From an uncultured virus (IMG/VR IMGVR_UViG_2687453420_000004) (taxonomy: Duplodnaviria > Heunggongvirae > Uroviricota > Caudoviricetes), in IMG/VR virus record IMGVR_UViG_2687453420_000004: DNA of 64,000 bases, one strand, 5' to 3'. The notes below the pieces were generated by a model. That model was not told the DNA's origin and did not search any database. It saw only the letters and a list, made by a program, of their open reading frames with translations. Position numbers and translations under genes: made by a program. Position 1 is the stretch's first letter. Each line of letters starts with the position of its first letter. Below, piece after piece: positions 42,519 through 55,138 of this stretch.

Positions 42519-43514
42519 TTAAGATATTTTCTTATATTCATGTTTTATGTTTTCTTCTGATAATTCTGCATATATCTGTGTAGTCGCAGGATTTTCATGC
42601 CCCATAAGATGTTGTATAACCGGCAATGGCATACCTGCATTTAGTTTGCTGGTAGCAAAAGAATGTCTAAATAAATGAGGATAAATAGATTTGTTTATGC
42701 CTGCTCTATCCGCAATTTTTTTAATCTCTCTTTGAACACTTCTACCACCCAATCTATTATGTGGACTTTTTGAAGTAACAAATAATGCTTCATTATTATC
42801 TTTTCTTCTATTTAAATATTTTTTCAAATATATTTTGGTTTTAATATTAAAATAAACCTTGCGTTCTTTATCACCCTTACCTATTACATTTAAAGACATT
42901 TCATACCAGTTTATGTCATCTTTATTTACTCCAACCACCTCTGATAATCTGCACCCAGTAGATATTAAAAATTCTACTAGTGCCTTTTCTCTATCTGTTT
43001 TAGAAGCCTGCCTTAAAAGTTCTACTTCCTCTTCTGTCATAGCATGTCTTAATCTCTTTGGTTCTTTAGTTTGTTTTAGCTTCTTTGCTGGATTTTTAGG
43101 TATATACTCTTCATCTGCAAGCCAACCAAAGAAACTTTTTAGTATAGAGATTTGTCCATTTACACTAGTTGCTCTCATGTTCTTGCATCTAACCGCTAAG
43201 AACATTCTTAAATCCATAGTAGTAATAGTTCCCAGTGGTTTTCTTAAGTGATCTGCAAATATTGCTAAATTATATTGATAGTTTTTTAATGTTTTTAAGC
43301 TTAAGCCATCCAGCTTCTTAGATGCTAAGTATATTTGTAATTTTTCTTCTATATCACTTGTTACTAGACCTGTCTCCTCTGGCAATACACGGTATTTATA
43401 CAATACTTCTTCTGCTATAGTTCTAACCTTCCGCTGGTCTATTTCTGGAAATTCTAAAGATAGCTTGCCCACTAATTTAATTACAACTTCTTCTTTACTA
43501 CTTGAACTGTACAT
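42519..43514 (-). CDS. XerC/D-like tyrosine recombinase in the early region
   Basis: TGCRLSE, GKGDKER, PHLFRHSFAT, MGHE...TTQIY. Confidence 0.92.
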   Translation of the reverse strand: MYSSSSKEEVVIKLVGKLSLEFPEIDQRKVRTIAEEVLYKYRVLPEETGLVTSDIEEKLQIYLASKKLDGLSLKTLKNYQYNLAIFADHLRKPLGTITTMDLRMFLAVRCKNMRATSVNGQISILKSFFGWLADEEYIPKNPAKKLKQTKEPKRLRHAMTEEEVELLRQASKTDREKALVEFLISTGCRLSEVVGVNKDDINWYEMSLNVIGKGDKERKVYFNIKTKIYLKKYLNRRKDNNEALFVTSKSPHNRLGGRSVQREIKKIADRAGINKSIYPHLFRHSFATSKLNAGMPLPVIQHLMGHENPATTQIYAELSEENIKHEYKKIS

Positions 43515-43829
43515 ATAAATACCTCCTTGTATATTGCCATTAAGTCCAGTTTAATTTTTATTTATATCCTGGATCTAATCTTTATTTCTGGACCTTATAT
43601 TTGCAACGCGATATTAAAAACTTAATCTTCTAATATAAAACATATAGGATCACCATGTTTATGTTTAACATCACTAGGGCAAATCAAAGCTTTCCTATTT
43701 ACTATTCCTTCATTTATAAATTCAATAGTTTTCTTTTTATATGGACATGTATATCTTCCATTTTTAAGCTCCATATATTTGCAAATGTACTTTAGCATAA
43801 ATTCCTCCTTAATATCTTTGAATTGCCAA

Positions 43830-44645
43830 CTAAACCATTCTTTCTTCTGACTTTTTATATATTTGTTTTACTTCTGATTTAGGTATTTTCACATAATGTT
43901 TTCTAAATAACATTTTTTCTTCTTCATCTTCTGGCTCATAAATATCAAAATTTTTACCTCTGACTTTTTGCTTATGCATAGTGTAAAAATCACCTTTATC
44001 AGCATAACCTTCTAATGGATTTTCATTTCTATCATCCCAACTATGATCAAATTCAACTATTTCTCCATCATTGAATTCCATATACCATTTATGGAGTGTA
44101 TGTTTAAATTTTCTTATTTCACATTGAATTAAAGAGTTATAGTCCTTAAAATATTCTTCTGTATAGCCATAATACAATCTACAAAGGCTATCACAATATC
44201 TAATCCACATTTCATTATCACCAAAATTAGGCATCCAATATTCTTCAACATTTGGATTAAACCCTGGAACTTCACCATCAATAGAATATTTTAAATACAT
44301 TTTTAAAATATATCTTGATTTATCTGCACAACATGCCGAACCTTCTCTTAATTCACATAAATTTCTTATATGATTTTCTAAGAAACTATAATTTACATAA
44401 ATAAAATTAGGTTTATTTTTATCTTTACAAATAGATGGTTCATGCAATGTACTTGCTAATAGTTTCATACCTTTTTTCAATCTATAATTGATAAAGCAAT
44501 CAAAATATTCAGGATTGTTTATTTTAACCTTACTTTCTTTTGCATGATTAATCGCTTCTCCAAATATATTTATTGTTTCCTCTTCCGATTTTGCGTTTAA
44601 TGCATCAAATAAACTTGTAAGGCATTTAGTCATTTCAGTATCCAT
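43830..44645 (-). CDS. Hypothetical phage protein
   Basis: 271-aa ORF with RBS. Confidence 0.7.
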   Translation of the reverse strand: MDTEMTKCLTSLFDALNAKSEEETINIFGEAINHAKESKVKINNPEYFDCFINYRLKKGMKLLASTLHEPSICKDKNKPNFIYVNYSFLENHIRNLCELREGSACCADKSRYILKMYLKYSIDGEVPGFNPNVEEYWMPNFGDNEMWIRYCDSLCRLYYGYTEEYFKDYNSLIQCEIRKFKHTLHKWYMEFNDGEIVEFDHSWDDRNENPLEGYADKGDFYTMHKQKVRGKNFDIYEPEDEEEKMLFRKHYVKIPKSEVKQIYKKSEERMV

Positions 44646-44962
44646 AATTTCACTCCTTCACATTAATTTCAGCTCCTGCGGCTGCTCTTTGAATTGTGAC
44701 TTATTTAGTGATGACAACATCTAATCCAATACTGACAACACTCTTTATTATGTTATTAATGTTTTTATCTATATTATCAACATTCATAGTGATTTCGTCT
44801 AATACTTCATTATCTTTCAAATTATTTTCTTGCCCTACTGCATTGAATAATTCTTGTGCATCTTTTTTATTTAGTTGTAAACTGCTAAAGTCTATTAATA
44901 TTTTCATTTTCTCCATCCTCCTAATGCTTTGTACTTATTTCTGAATTACGTCATATTGCAAT

Positions 44963-45769
44963 TTAAACTATAGATAACTGTTCACATTCAGCTTTATTTT
45001 TTATTAGCATTTGCTCTTGCGCTTTTTTATAAAATTCTTTAGATACTTCAAATCCGTAACTACTTCTATTTAGTTCCATACAAGCCCTTAATGTACTTCC
45101 ACTCCCTGCCACGGGGTCTATTACAACATCCCCTTCATCAGTAAAAATTTCTATAAGTTGCTTTAATAAAGCTATTGGTTTTTGTGTAGGATGAACTTTT
45201 GGATATTCTTTTTTACTATCGCGTTTCCACTCAAACCAATTAAAAATCATTTTCCCTTTTCCTGTTTCTTTTTTACCATTGTTAAACTTAGGTAATTTAT
45301 CTCTATATAATACGACTGCATGTTCCGTAGCTCCAACTATTTTCATATTTGCCTTTAATACCTGTGCTGAATAATTTTTAATAAAGAATAATGGATAACT
45401 GTTTTTAAACCCATGCTTTTTACCATATTCAATAACTGTAGGAATTTGTTCAAAAGAACAAAATACAATCATAGCAGGTGCTTTTCCTCTTTCTTTTGGC
45501 TCTTTTATTAATAATCTGTTACAAAAATGAAAGTATTCAGCTATGTTAAAATTCTCATCTGTATTAAAGAATGTCTTTCCAGCTTTCTTACTTTCTCCAT
45601 TCTTGTTATTTCCTCCTATATACCATTCTGGATTACTTCCATATGCATTCTTTCCTATGTTGTATGGAATATCTGCTATTACTAATTGTGCTTTTGGAAT
45701 ATTGTATCTTTTATAGTTTTGAAAATTATCATTATATAATTCTGTTTTAATTTTTTTATTATTTTCCAT
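44963..45769 (-). CDS. Orphan N4/N6 DNA methyltransferase (beta class)
   Basis: ADIPY, HPTQKP, DPVAGSGST. Confidence 0.92.
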   Translation of the reverse strand: MENNKKIKTELYNDNFQNYKRYNIPKAQLVIADIPYNIGKNAYGSNPEWYIGGNNKNGESKKAGKTFFNTDENFNIAEYFHFCNRLLIKEPKERGKAPAMIVFCSFEQIPTVIEYGKKHGFKNSYPLFFIKNYSAQVLKANMKIVGATEHAVVLYRDKLPKFNNGKKETGKGKMIFNWFEWKRDSKKEYPKVHPTQKPIALLKQLIEIFTDEGDVVIDPVAGSGSTLRACMELNRSSYGFEVSKEFYKKAQEQMLIKNKAECEQLSIV

Positions 45770-46946
45770 TGTTCTTGTTCCTCCTCGTCAGGAGGCACGG
45801 CCGTGCTTTTTATCTAGAATTACTCCATTTTATTTTTTAAAATTTAGTTCGTCCAATTTTCATTCTTAGACCTATTTTTGAAATACGGCTATTGAATTTT
45901 CTAAATCATCTTTGCTTATTTTTGATATATTAATTACTGTCCTATATTTTTGTATATAATTTGTTAAATGACTATATTTATTGAATAAAAAAGCATCCAG
46001 TGCAAACAATATAAAAGGGTGATAAATTATGATAGTATCTTTTAAAAGAAATCTAGGAAATACTGATAGAACAGTAAGAATAATATTAGGTTCATTGCTT
46101 TTAGTAGAAGGAATACTTGGTTACTGAATTATTTTAGATATGCTAGGTTGGTCAACCTATAAATCTGAAAATAAAGGTTAAATAATCGTCCATTTCTAGT
46201 ATTTTTTATTAAGCAATTTTTGTTATCCAAGCACTATCTCTAATGTATTTGTTAGTGTATAACCATGAACACCAATAAATGTAAAACAAATTTATTTGCT
46301 AACATCACATTATTCAAATTTCAAAGAACATTATCCTTATCTGCATTTTCAAGAGTTACGTCGCTTTAATTTCAAATTATCCCTCCAATATTAGTATTTC
46401 TATTATTCTTCTCTATCGCTTAAACACTCTTCACAAAACCCAAGATGCTCAAGATAACAATCTTTACAAAGCGTTACCTCGCATATATCACAACTAAATT
46501 GGTCATACACTGCTAATGTATTATCAATTTCTTTTCCACAATCCCAACAAATCATCTTTATACCTCCAATATTTCAACTTTTCAATTATATTTAACTGTT
46601 CTTTCATTTCCTTTATTAATTCTTTTACAATATCTTTTTTATTTAATTCAGCATAAGTCTGAATGTTCTCTGCTAATAACTTTAAAGATTCAAAATCCTC
46701 TTTATATAACATTTATTTACTTCCCTTTCCTGTTTGGAATGTGACTTAATTCAATATTGCTTCTAATTCTTCTTTTAATATTCCCTTTAGCTCGTCAGAT
46801 TCCTGTATCATATTTTCAAGTAAAGTTATCTTTTGCAACATATCTCTTTTTTTGTAATATAACTCACATGAATCTTCCTTTAATTCATTTATTATCTGTT
46901 CAACAATATTCATATATGATATTCACTCCTTCGCCTTAATTTCATA

Positions 46947-47351
46947 TTAATCCCTTACCAACTCTGGGGTTTCATATATATTTCCTTTTACTCTTAAGTA
47001 GTTGCATTCTCCCCAAAGGCTTTTAGCTCTGCACTCTTCCTCGTTATCTACCCATCATGCACCCTCATGAAAAACTACCACTCCGTCTAATGGCTCTTCA
47101 TTACTAATTAACATGTTTTCAATATGAACTATATCTCCCTCAAAGATTTCTTTTCCATTTCTATCCTTTACACCTGTAGAAAATATAGGCTTTATATGTT
47201 TTGAGTATTCTGTTCCTTCCCATTCAACACAATCATTCTCCTCTGATTCATGGTAAATTAATTGTGAAACCTCTCCATTACAACCAATTGCAAAGCTTGA
47301 AGTATTTTCATACATGATCTTGTTTTTCATGTCCCAAAATTTTATATTCAT
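46947..47351 (-). pseudogene. YopX-family protein with in-frame TGA
   Basis: STGVKDRNGKEIFEGDIV; reads on after HEGA* to VKGNIYETPELV. Confidence 0.75.
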
Positions 47352-48076
47352 ATGCTCCCCTCCATACATTCAATTTTTTCTTGCAACTCTTTTAATCTAT
47401 TCATTTTTTCCTCATAAGCTTGAGTTTCTTCTTGGATTTTTTTATTGATAACAGAATTAATACATACTAAAAACTTTTTAGATGGCTGTTTACCTTCTTC
47501 TATATTCTTAAATGCATTGTGGATCCCTTGCTTTGTATATCCAGTTAACTTTTCAATTTCTACACCCTTTAAACCAATCTCTTTTCTAAAATCAGAATAG
47601 CTTTTCACTCTCGCCACCTTCTTTTACCCTTTTAATTTATTCTGTAATTTCTTTTTACGTTTTTGTTTATTTTAGTCAATTATTTGTGTCGTATAAATTT
47701 CAAATTACGTATTCTTAAGCTCTACACGCTCCCATGTAAGAAAGCTTCTATACGCTTCAAGTTCTAACCTCAAATTTCTCATAGCTTCTATGCATACACT
47801 ATAGTTAGTTTCTGCTATGTCTCTATTTAATCTTAATTTTGCAATCTCTTCTTTCCCTTTTGCTAAATCATTTATTAGTGTTGCTGGCTGTTTCTCTAAC
47901 TGTCTTAATCTTAAAATTTCTTTTCTAAGAGCTACTTTATAGTCATACTCTGCTGCAGCTTTCTTTACTCCTAGAGTTTTTAATTCTGTATTACCTCTAG
48001 TTAATGCTTGCTGACATACTCCTATCTTTTTCATTATTTCAACTGGTGTCATATTATCCTCCTTATAATCAATGTG

Positions 48077-48478
48077 CTAAACTTCTTCTAAAACAAGCTC
48101 TACTCTTGATTCTTCTCCATACCATTTTTCAATCCAGCAATCTACTATTTGTTTATCATCATCATAAGCAATAGCATTTAAGCTATCTAAGATTATTTTG
48201 GCTATATTATCCACATCAGGCTTCTTAGTAGGTCTTATATTACCTTTTATCATTTCTTCTCTTTTCTTCTTACTAATACTTTTAGGTATTGAATAAAAAA
48301 CTTTCATATCTGCTCTTATTGGGCCTTCTAATCTTTTTTTATCCTTAGTTAATAGATAACATTCCTTTACCCAATTCTCATACTCTATTGTCTTTTTAGG
48401 TGTATATGCTACACCAGTTTTAGTACTCATTCTTGGTCTAGCTTTACCTTTTGGTTCTCCTGGTATAATTATTTTCAA
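48077..48478 (-). CDS. rusA: RusA Holliday-junction resolvase
   Basis: KPDVDNIAKIILDSLNAIAYDDDKQIV. Confidence 0.92.
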   Translation of the reverse strand: MKIIIPGEPKGKARPRMSTKTGVAYTPKKTIEYENWVKECYLLTKDKKRLEGPIRADMKVFYSIPKSISKKKREEMIKGNIRPTKKPDVDNIAKIILDSLNAIAYDDDKQIVDCWIEKWYGEESRVELVLEEV

Positions 48479-48542
48479 TCTGCTTCCTCCTTTATTTATG
48501 AGACAAGCAGTAATTTATAATTTTACTGCCTGTCCATGTTTG

Positions 48543-49676
48543 CTAAGATATTATATTAATGTTTTGTATTCCTTTTAATTCTTCTTCCAAATATGCTTTT
48601 ATTCTTCTCATGGCTTCATTTCTCCACGCTCCACCGTCTGCTTCATATAATGCTGCTTGTGGACCACTTCTCATTCTAAATATAAACTTTGATTCTGGTT
48701 GTTGTATCTCTGGGAAAGTTCTAAACGGTGCCAATACTACTGGGTTAGGCACTACCGCTTGTCCTACACTTGCTACTCCTGTTTTAATAGTTACTGCTTG
48801 ACTTACGCCATCATCACCTGTGCTTTTTACTGCTTCATCTTTTATTAAACCTGTATATTTTAATAGGACCTCTTTATCTCCTATATCTACAAATGAACTT
48901 TGAAGCATAATGTTGAATTCTTCTGTGCCTATGAATCTGTCATAATAAATATTATTTGGCAAAATAGCCTCTGCTCTTATATACTCTTCACGTTCTCCAT
49001 CTGGATTTAAAGGACTATATAATCTAACTTCATCATATGATTTAACTTGAACTAATAACTGCTCTGGCAATATATCAATATTGGCCTTTATATAATCTAC
49101 TAATCCTGTAAGTGTTGATACTGTTAATGTGTCTGCTAATGGTCCTGTAACTCTACTAAGTCCTTTGGTTGAAAAAGTTCCTTGATCCAACTCAATAATT
49201 GGGTTCTTTTCCTCTCCTAAATTTACTAAGTATTCTAAAGCTTCTTTATTTATCATTTTTCATTCCTCCAATTTTATTTTTATTATTTTACTAATTTGAT
49301 GCCTTTAAGATCTACTTCTTTTTCCTCAGCAGTAGTTACTACTTCGCCAGTTTCTTCGTCAACTCTCATAGTGCTTTGTCCTGGAATTTGCTTCTTATAT
49401 TCACTGGCAAGTATTCCACCTTTTCCATCTGTACCAATTACAATCTTAGCTGCTAACTGATTCCTTTGGAGCTAATTTAGGTTTTGCAACTATCTCTACC
49501 TCTGTAAGTTCTCTGTCCTCTCCACTAGCAAATGTCATATCTACAGTTAACTTTCTTTTTGTTTTATAATCTGTGTTTGGATCCGCAATGTTTTCTAATA
49601 CCTCCTTTAAAGCCATATTGATTTTTTCTGCCAATGCTCCATCAGCGAAGGTTTCTAGATTAATCATCTTTTCCAT
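48543..49676 (-). CDS. Conserved Firmicute phage gene pair (49676-49283 frameshifted near 49455; 49256-48543)
   Basis: NIADPNTD..KRKLT continues in another frame to ...IKLVK; second gene has LAPFRTFPEI...EADGGAW. Confidence 0.7.
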
Positions 49677-49994
49677 AATATTGTTCTCCCTTCAGTATTA
49701 GTGTTTTATTATACTCATACACTATAGGTATAGAAATGCCTAGAATAAGCCTATGCCTACAGCATTTAGTTAACTAATCATCTTCTTTTCTTTCCAATTT
49801 TTTAATATATCTATGGGTTCATTATCCTTCTTAGGATATTGTTGAAGGATTGCGGTTGCCATTCTACTTCCTAAATGTCTCTTAAAATATTTCATATGGT
49901 CTACAAAATCTTTCATAGTATAAGTTACTTTACTGCCATCTTTACAAGTTATTATTAATTTTTTCAATTACATCCCTCCATTCCACTTTCTAAT

Positions 49995-50375
49995 CTAAAA
50001 TGCTTTACCATGCTTATATGGTCTATTTCTATTCTTCTTCATTTTCTTTTTAATCTCTTTTTCTATGTCAACTGTATCTCCTAATGCAGTATCAGATGTT
50101 CTTAAAATTATATCTGCAAGCTCTTCAGCATAATTTTCTTTATCATCTTTTCTTAATGCATTAACTGCTTCCGATACTTCACTCACTATAAGCATTAATC
50201 TTTGACACATAAAGGCTCTTTTTACAGCTTTAATTTCCTCATCTTCAAATTCTTTTACACACATTTTAGTTAGTATATTCTTCTCTTCTTCCCAAAACCC
50301 ATGATCTATTGCATTCTTATGTGCATCCTTTACCATTTCTTTAATATCCATATTTACATAATCTTTAATGCTCAT
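49995..50375 (-). CDS. MazG-like nucleotide pyrophosphohydrolase
   Basis: SEVSEA...EELADIILR...KNRNRPYKHG. Confidence 0.8.
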   Translation of the reverse strand: MSIKDYVNMDIKEMVKDAHKNAIDHGFWEEEKNILTKMCVKEFEDEEIKAVKRAFMCQRLMLIVSEVSEAVNALRKDDKENYAEELADIILRTSDTALGDTVDIEKEIKKKMKKNRNRPYKHGKAF

Positions 50376-50616
50376 TATTTACCTAACTCCTTTAAACAAA
50401 TCTTACAAATATTTTTCCCTTTGAAGTTTATAACCTCTTTAGCTTCTCCGCAGAATATGCAGCATGGCTCGTACTTCTTTAAAATTATTTGTTCTCCTTC
50501 TGTGTAAATTTCTAATGGTGTTTCATTGTCTTTAATGTTTAAAGCCTTTCTAAGCTCCTTGGTAAAACTATTCTTCCTAATGGATCTATCTTTCTTACTA
50601 TTCCTGTATTTTTCAT
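50375..50616 (-). CDS. AbrB-family transition-state regulator, frameshifted near 50560
   Basis: MKNTGIVRKIDPLGRIVLP then, in another frame, KELRKALNI...IILKKY. Confidence 0.85.
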
Positions 50617-50953
50617 AATTACATCTCTCCCTTATTTTTATTTGATTCATATAACATTATTTCTTTTCCTACTGCTCTTAAAGCCTTGTCTAAATCTTCA
50701 GTTATAAAATACTGCTTGGCTACTTCATCTGCCCACAGATTAGCTCTTATCTTTAAATTTGATACTTCTTCCTGATACTTGTCCAATAACTCCAAACTTT
50801 CTAGTAATAAATCCTTATAGTCCATGCTTTTCTTTACATATTCCTTTAGAATAAATTTTAAAATTGTATTTTCTTCTTTAAGTGTTTCTTTGTTCTCCAT
50901 TCCTTTAACTAATACAGTTATCATACTCATCCTCCCAATATTTATCATAGTAA

Positions 50954-51949
50954 CTACATTACCTCTTTTAATGCTTTAAGTTCTTTTATAAAATCATCAA
51001 TTTCGTTAGCATTTAAGACTAAATTAGTTGTACCAGTAATGTTCTTTATAGAAAAACTATTTTCTTGAACTCTATATTCCATTACCTTGCCTCTTAAAAC
51101 TAAAGGCTGTAATATCTTATTTGGTTTTGAAGCTTCTTTTATGCCTTTATTATTTTCTTTATTTGAACTATTTCTAGTTTCAGCAGATTTTATATTATTC
51201 AATTTATTTTTAATACCATATCTTCTTAAATAACTATTTATGGTGCTTTCTGCTAAACCATATTTTCTACTTATTGCTACTATAGCTTCTTTCCCGATTC
51301 CAAGCATTTTAGCTTCTTTCATAAGCTGTTCCTTAGTTATCTTAGGCTCTTTTGTGAACATCTCATTTTCCCCCTCATATTTATTTTTAATGGTATTAGG
51401 TATCTTTTTGAGAATTCTACTTATATAACTTTGTTTTAACCCTATTTCTTCTCCTATCTGTTTTTGAGTTTTATTATTAAAATAGAACTCTTTAATAATT
51501 TTCTTATCTCTTTCATTTAAATTTTCTATTATTGCAGCTATTTCTTTGCACGTTACATTAAAAATACTTCTATCTTCATAATTTGTTTTATCTGATATTA
51601 GATCTATTAAACTTAAATTTTCATTATCTTGTTTTTGATTCAATATAGGTTTATCTAAACTATCTACATCTAAATGCTTTTCTTCTTTTCTGTTAAATAT
51701 TCTTAATTCATTATTTACTACAGCTGCTAAGTATGTCATGAATAAAATATTTTTATCAGCATTATAAGCTGTGAATGCTTTAGTCATACCTAAAAAAGCT
51801 ACTTGAAATAAATCTTCTTGTTCGAATTTACGTTTCCATGACTGTATCAACTTATATAAGAATTTTTCAAACTTAAAATAAACTTCTTCTAAACTCATTA
51901 ATTTCAAGCCTTCATCTTTGGTGAGAATTAATTTTTTCTCAGCCACCAT
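50954..51949 (-). CDS. Phage sigma-70-family factor (sporulation-sigma-like) with C-terminal extension
   Basis: EDLFQVAFLGMTKA, FMTY, TQKQIGEEIGLKQSYISRI. Confidence 0.85.
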   Translation of the reverse strand: MVAEKKLILTKDEGLKLMSLEEVYFKFEKFLYKLIQSWKRKFEQEDLFQVAFLGMTKAFTAYNADKNILFMTYLAAVVNNELRIFNRKEEKHLDVDSLDKPILNQKQDNENLSLIDLISDKTNYEDRSIFNVTCKEIAAIIENLNERDKKIIKEFYFNNKTQKQIGEEIGLKQSYISRILKKIPNTIKNKYEGENEMFTKEPKITKEQLMKEAKMLGIGKEAIVAISRKYGLAESTINSYLRRYGIKNKLNNIKSAETRNSSNKENNKGIKEASKPNKILQPLVLRGKVMEYRVQENSFSIKNITGTTNLVLNANEIDDFIKELKALKEVM

Positions 51950-52359
51950 AAAAATATACTCCTATTTATCTGGCATCTGAAATACAAAATCTCTTGTTTT
52001 TCTTTTTCCATTTTGTATTTCATCAAATCGGCTTCCTTGCATAATTCTATCCTCTATCATGTCTAATACTTCTATTGCTCTTTCACCAGAACTATATTTT
52101 CCTAATTCCTCATATCCACTAAAGACTATATTTTCAGATGCATTGAACATATTTGCATTTATTAATAAATTTTTGTCTTGACTTCTAATCCACATTTTAC
52201 GTTCCCCCAATTCTTAATTTTCTATTTGTTTTTCTTTAGTTATCAAAAACTCTATTAATCCTTCTTTTACTTCTTCCGCCGATGTTTGTTCTATTTCTCT
52301 TATATTTATTTCTTTATTGCCTTTCAAAGTTTCATATATTCCCCATCTATTCAAACTAA

Positions 52360-53674
52360 TCACCTCTTAAACATCTCTGTTATAAGTTGATATTCTTCTT
52401 TATAAATAAACTTCAATGCTCCTGTTTTACCATTTCTTTGTTTAGCTATATTCACTTCTAATATTCCTTTATCCTCACTTTCCACATCATAATATTCATC
52501 TCTATAAAGAAACATTATAGTATCAGCATCCTGTTCTATTGCCCCTGATTCCCTAAGGTCTGAAAGCATTGGTCTTTTATCTGATCTTTGTTCTACTGCT
52601 CTTGATAGCTGGCTTAATAATATTACTGTCACATCTAACTCTTTAGCTAAGAATTTTAAATGCATTGTTGTATCTGCTACTTCTAGATCTCTTCTTTCTT
52701 TTTTAGCCATTTTCATAAGTGTTAAATGGTTCCACTATTATTACATCTAATCCATATTTTTGTTTTATTTTTTTACTTCTAGCTTTTATATCCTGTATGG
52801 AAAGATTAACTGAACAATCAGTAAACATATTATTTCTTCCAGCTATTTCACCAGTTCTATACCCCAATCTTTTCCATTCATCATCATTTAAGGAACCTCT
52901 ATTTAACTTTATTGAATCTATATATGCCTTAGCTGCTAATCTTCTCATTCCTAAAGCTTCTGGTGTCATTTCCATTTCAAATAATGCTACTTTGTATTCC
53001 TCTGCTGCTAATCCATCTGCTACATTTAATGCAAATACTGTTTTACCCATTGATGGTCTACCAGCTATAATATTTAATTCTCCTCTTTTAAGCCCGTTTA
53101 TTGCATTGTCTAATAGTTTTAATCCTGTTCTCATTCCTGGTATTTCTCCACCACTTTTATATCTTTCTTGTATTGCTTGAAGTGTACATGTCATAAGTTC
53201 ATCATCTGTATAAATTAATTTATCATTGGTATTTGTTGTTTCTAAAAGCCTATCCTGTGTTTTATTTACTATATCTTGTATTTCTATTTTTTCATCATAG
53301 GTTTTGTCTATAAGATCCTGTGCCGCTTTAATTAATTTTCTTCTATTTGATTTTTCTTTTATTATTTCTGCATAGTTTGTTATATTTGAGCCTGATATCC
53401 CACTATCTATTAACTTACTTAAATATGTCACTCCACCTATTTTAGTTAGTGTTTCTTCACCTATTTCATTAGAAATTGTTACTATATCTGCTTTTATATC
53501 TCTCATATACAATTTAGTTAGTGCTTTATATATTATTTGATTAGCTGAATTGTAGAAATCCTCTATTTCTAATATGTCTATAACTTCATTTATTGCATCT
53601 TCATTAACAAATAAGGTCCCGATTAAATCACATTCTACTTGTAATGAAAATGGTAAGGCTTTATTTTCTGTCAT
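52360..53674 (-). CDS. dnaB: Replicative helicase DnaB, split by a 1-nt frameshift near 52731
   Basis: GRPSMGKT; LSQLSR, DLRESGAIEQDAD. Confidence 0.9.
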
Positions 53675-54417
53675 AGAATATCACCACCAAAATCAAACTC
53701 TTTATGAGAACATGAATTCTTTTTAGTCTGTTGTTCTTTTTTATCTTCTTTAGGATAGCCTTCTTTCATCCATGTTTGTAATATCCCATTTATATACTGC
53801 ATACTACATTTGTTAAGAGCTATAGCTTTTTCTATAGCTAACTTAGTGTGTTTATATCCATGTTTCATTATTGAAATTTTTACTGCTGCTAAATTTAAAA
53901 TTCCTGGCATAGAAGTTACCTCTTCAACATATTGGCATAATTTCATTGCTTCAAAGTGAGAGTCTCTTTCTCTCTCTTTATTTAGTTTAATATCATTATT
54001 TAGTAGTCCGCCATTTCGCCTAATAGGCGTTTCGCCAGATAGGCATTTCGCCGAATAGGCATTTTGTCGTTTCGGTTCTTCTTTTGTACAAGTAGTTTCA
54101 TAACTTTTTATATTTTGAGGTATTTCATATATTGTATAATCATATCCTCCAATTAACTTTCCATTAGAATCTCTCTTAAGTAATCTTTCTATATACCCAT
54201 TAGTTTCAAGTTCTTTTATTGCTGTTCTTATAGCCTTTTCTCCATCTTTGCAATTTTTTTCTATCTCTGAACTATAAAACTCCCAATTATCTGGCCTACT
54301 TAGAAAATAACTCATTAAACCTTTAGCTTTTAAACTTAATCTACCATCATAAACAAAGTACTTATTTAGCATTACATAAGGATTTTCTTTATCCTTAATA
54401 ACTCTAAAAACTGCCAT
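53671..54417 (-). CDS. Phage replication initiator (HTH + DnaD-like end)
   Basis: LSLKAKGL..YFLSRPDNW; YINGILQTW. Confidence 0.85.
   Translation of the reverse strand: MAVFRVIKDKENPYVMLNKYFVYDGRLSLKAKGLMSYFLSRPDNWEFYSSEIEKNCKDGEKAIRTAIKELETNGYIERLLKRDSNGKLIGGYDYTIYEIPQNIKSYETTCTKEEPKRQNAYSAKCLSGETPIRRNGGLLNNDIKLNKERERDSHFEAMKLCQYVEEVTSMPGILNLAAVKISIMKHGYKHTKLAIEKAIALNKCSMQYINGILQTWMKEGYPKEDKKEQQTKKNSCSHKEFDFGGDIL
54012..54075. repeat. Four 16-bp iterons (probable phage origin)
   Basis: CATTTCGCCTAATAGG, CGTTTCGCCAGATAGG, CATTTCGCCGAATAGG, CATTTTGTCGTTTCGG. Confidence 0.8.
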
Positions 54418-55138
54418 TATATCACCTTCTTTTGTTTTCTTTTTTATCTATAGATAAAGTAAGACATTACTACAAAACTCCCAAAAATTATTGCTGTTGC
54501 TATAAGTAAAATTACATTAGCCCAAAACTTAAATCTATACTCTTTTAAAATGGATTTTTTAGCTACTTCTAAAACCTTTTTATCCTCTCCTATATTTCTC
54601 TCTAACATTAAATCTATGTGATACAGAACATCTCTTCTTTTCATTTTTTCCATCCCCCATGTATATTTTTCTACTTTTGTCCATATACTAATGTTGAAAT
54701 AGCGTGTTTGTACGTTGTATAATGGAGACAAGAGCTTTGCAGAGCTCTTATCCAGCTTTTAAATCAATCAATTTCCAATGGGTGCTTTGCAGAGCACCTA
54801 TTTGCTTTTATCTTCCATAGTTTCAAATACTACTTCATCACTGTTGCTGTCATATTTCACACTACTTATAAAGTATTCTGGATTCTCAATATCATATATT
54901 GAATATCCATTTTCATTTAGTACAGCCAGTTGTGCATTTATACTTTGTATTAAAGTTTTAAAAGAATTATCCACACTCTAACCTCCTTTCTAAAATGGAA
55001 CTACTAAGTCATAGTGATTTATTTCATCTATAAGGCTTTCCACTTCATTTTTTATGTTCTCTATCTTTCCTTCTTCAGCATATTTTAAAACCCAATTTAA
55101 ACGATATATCAATGCATCTTTATCGCTTTTATCCATAA

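Noticed and set aside
50617..50650. ORF-track N-terminus MNQIKIRE of the AbrB ORF
   Set aside because: Artefact of the frameshift; the AbrB start is at 50616.
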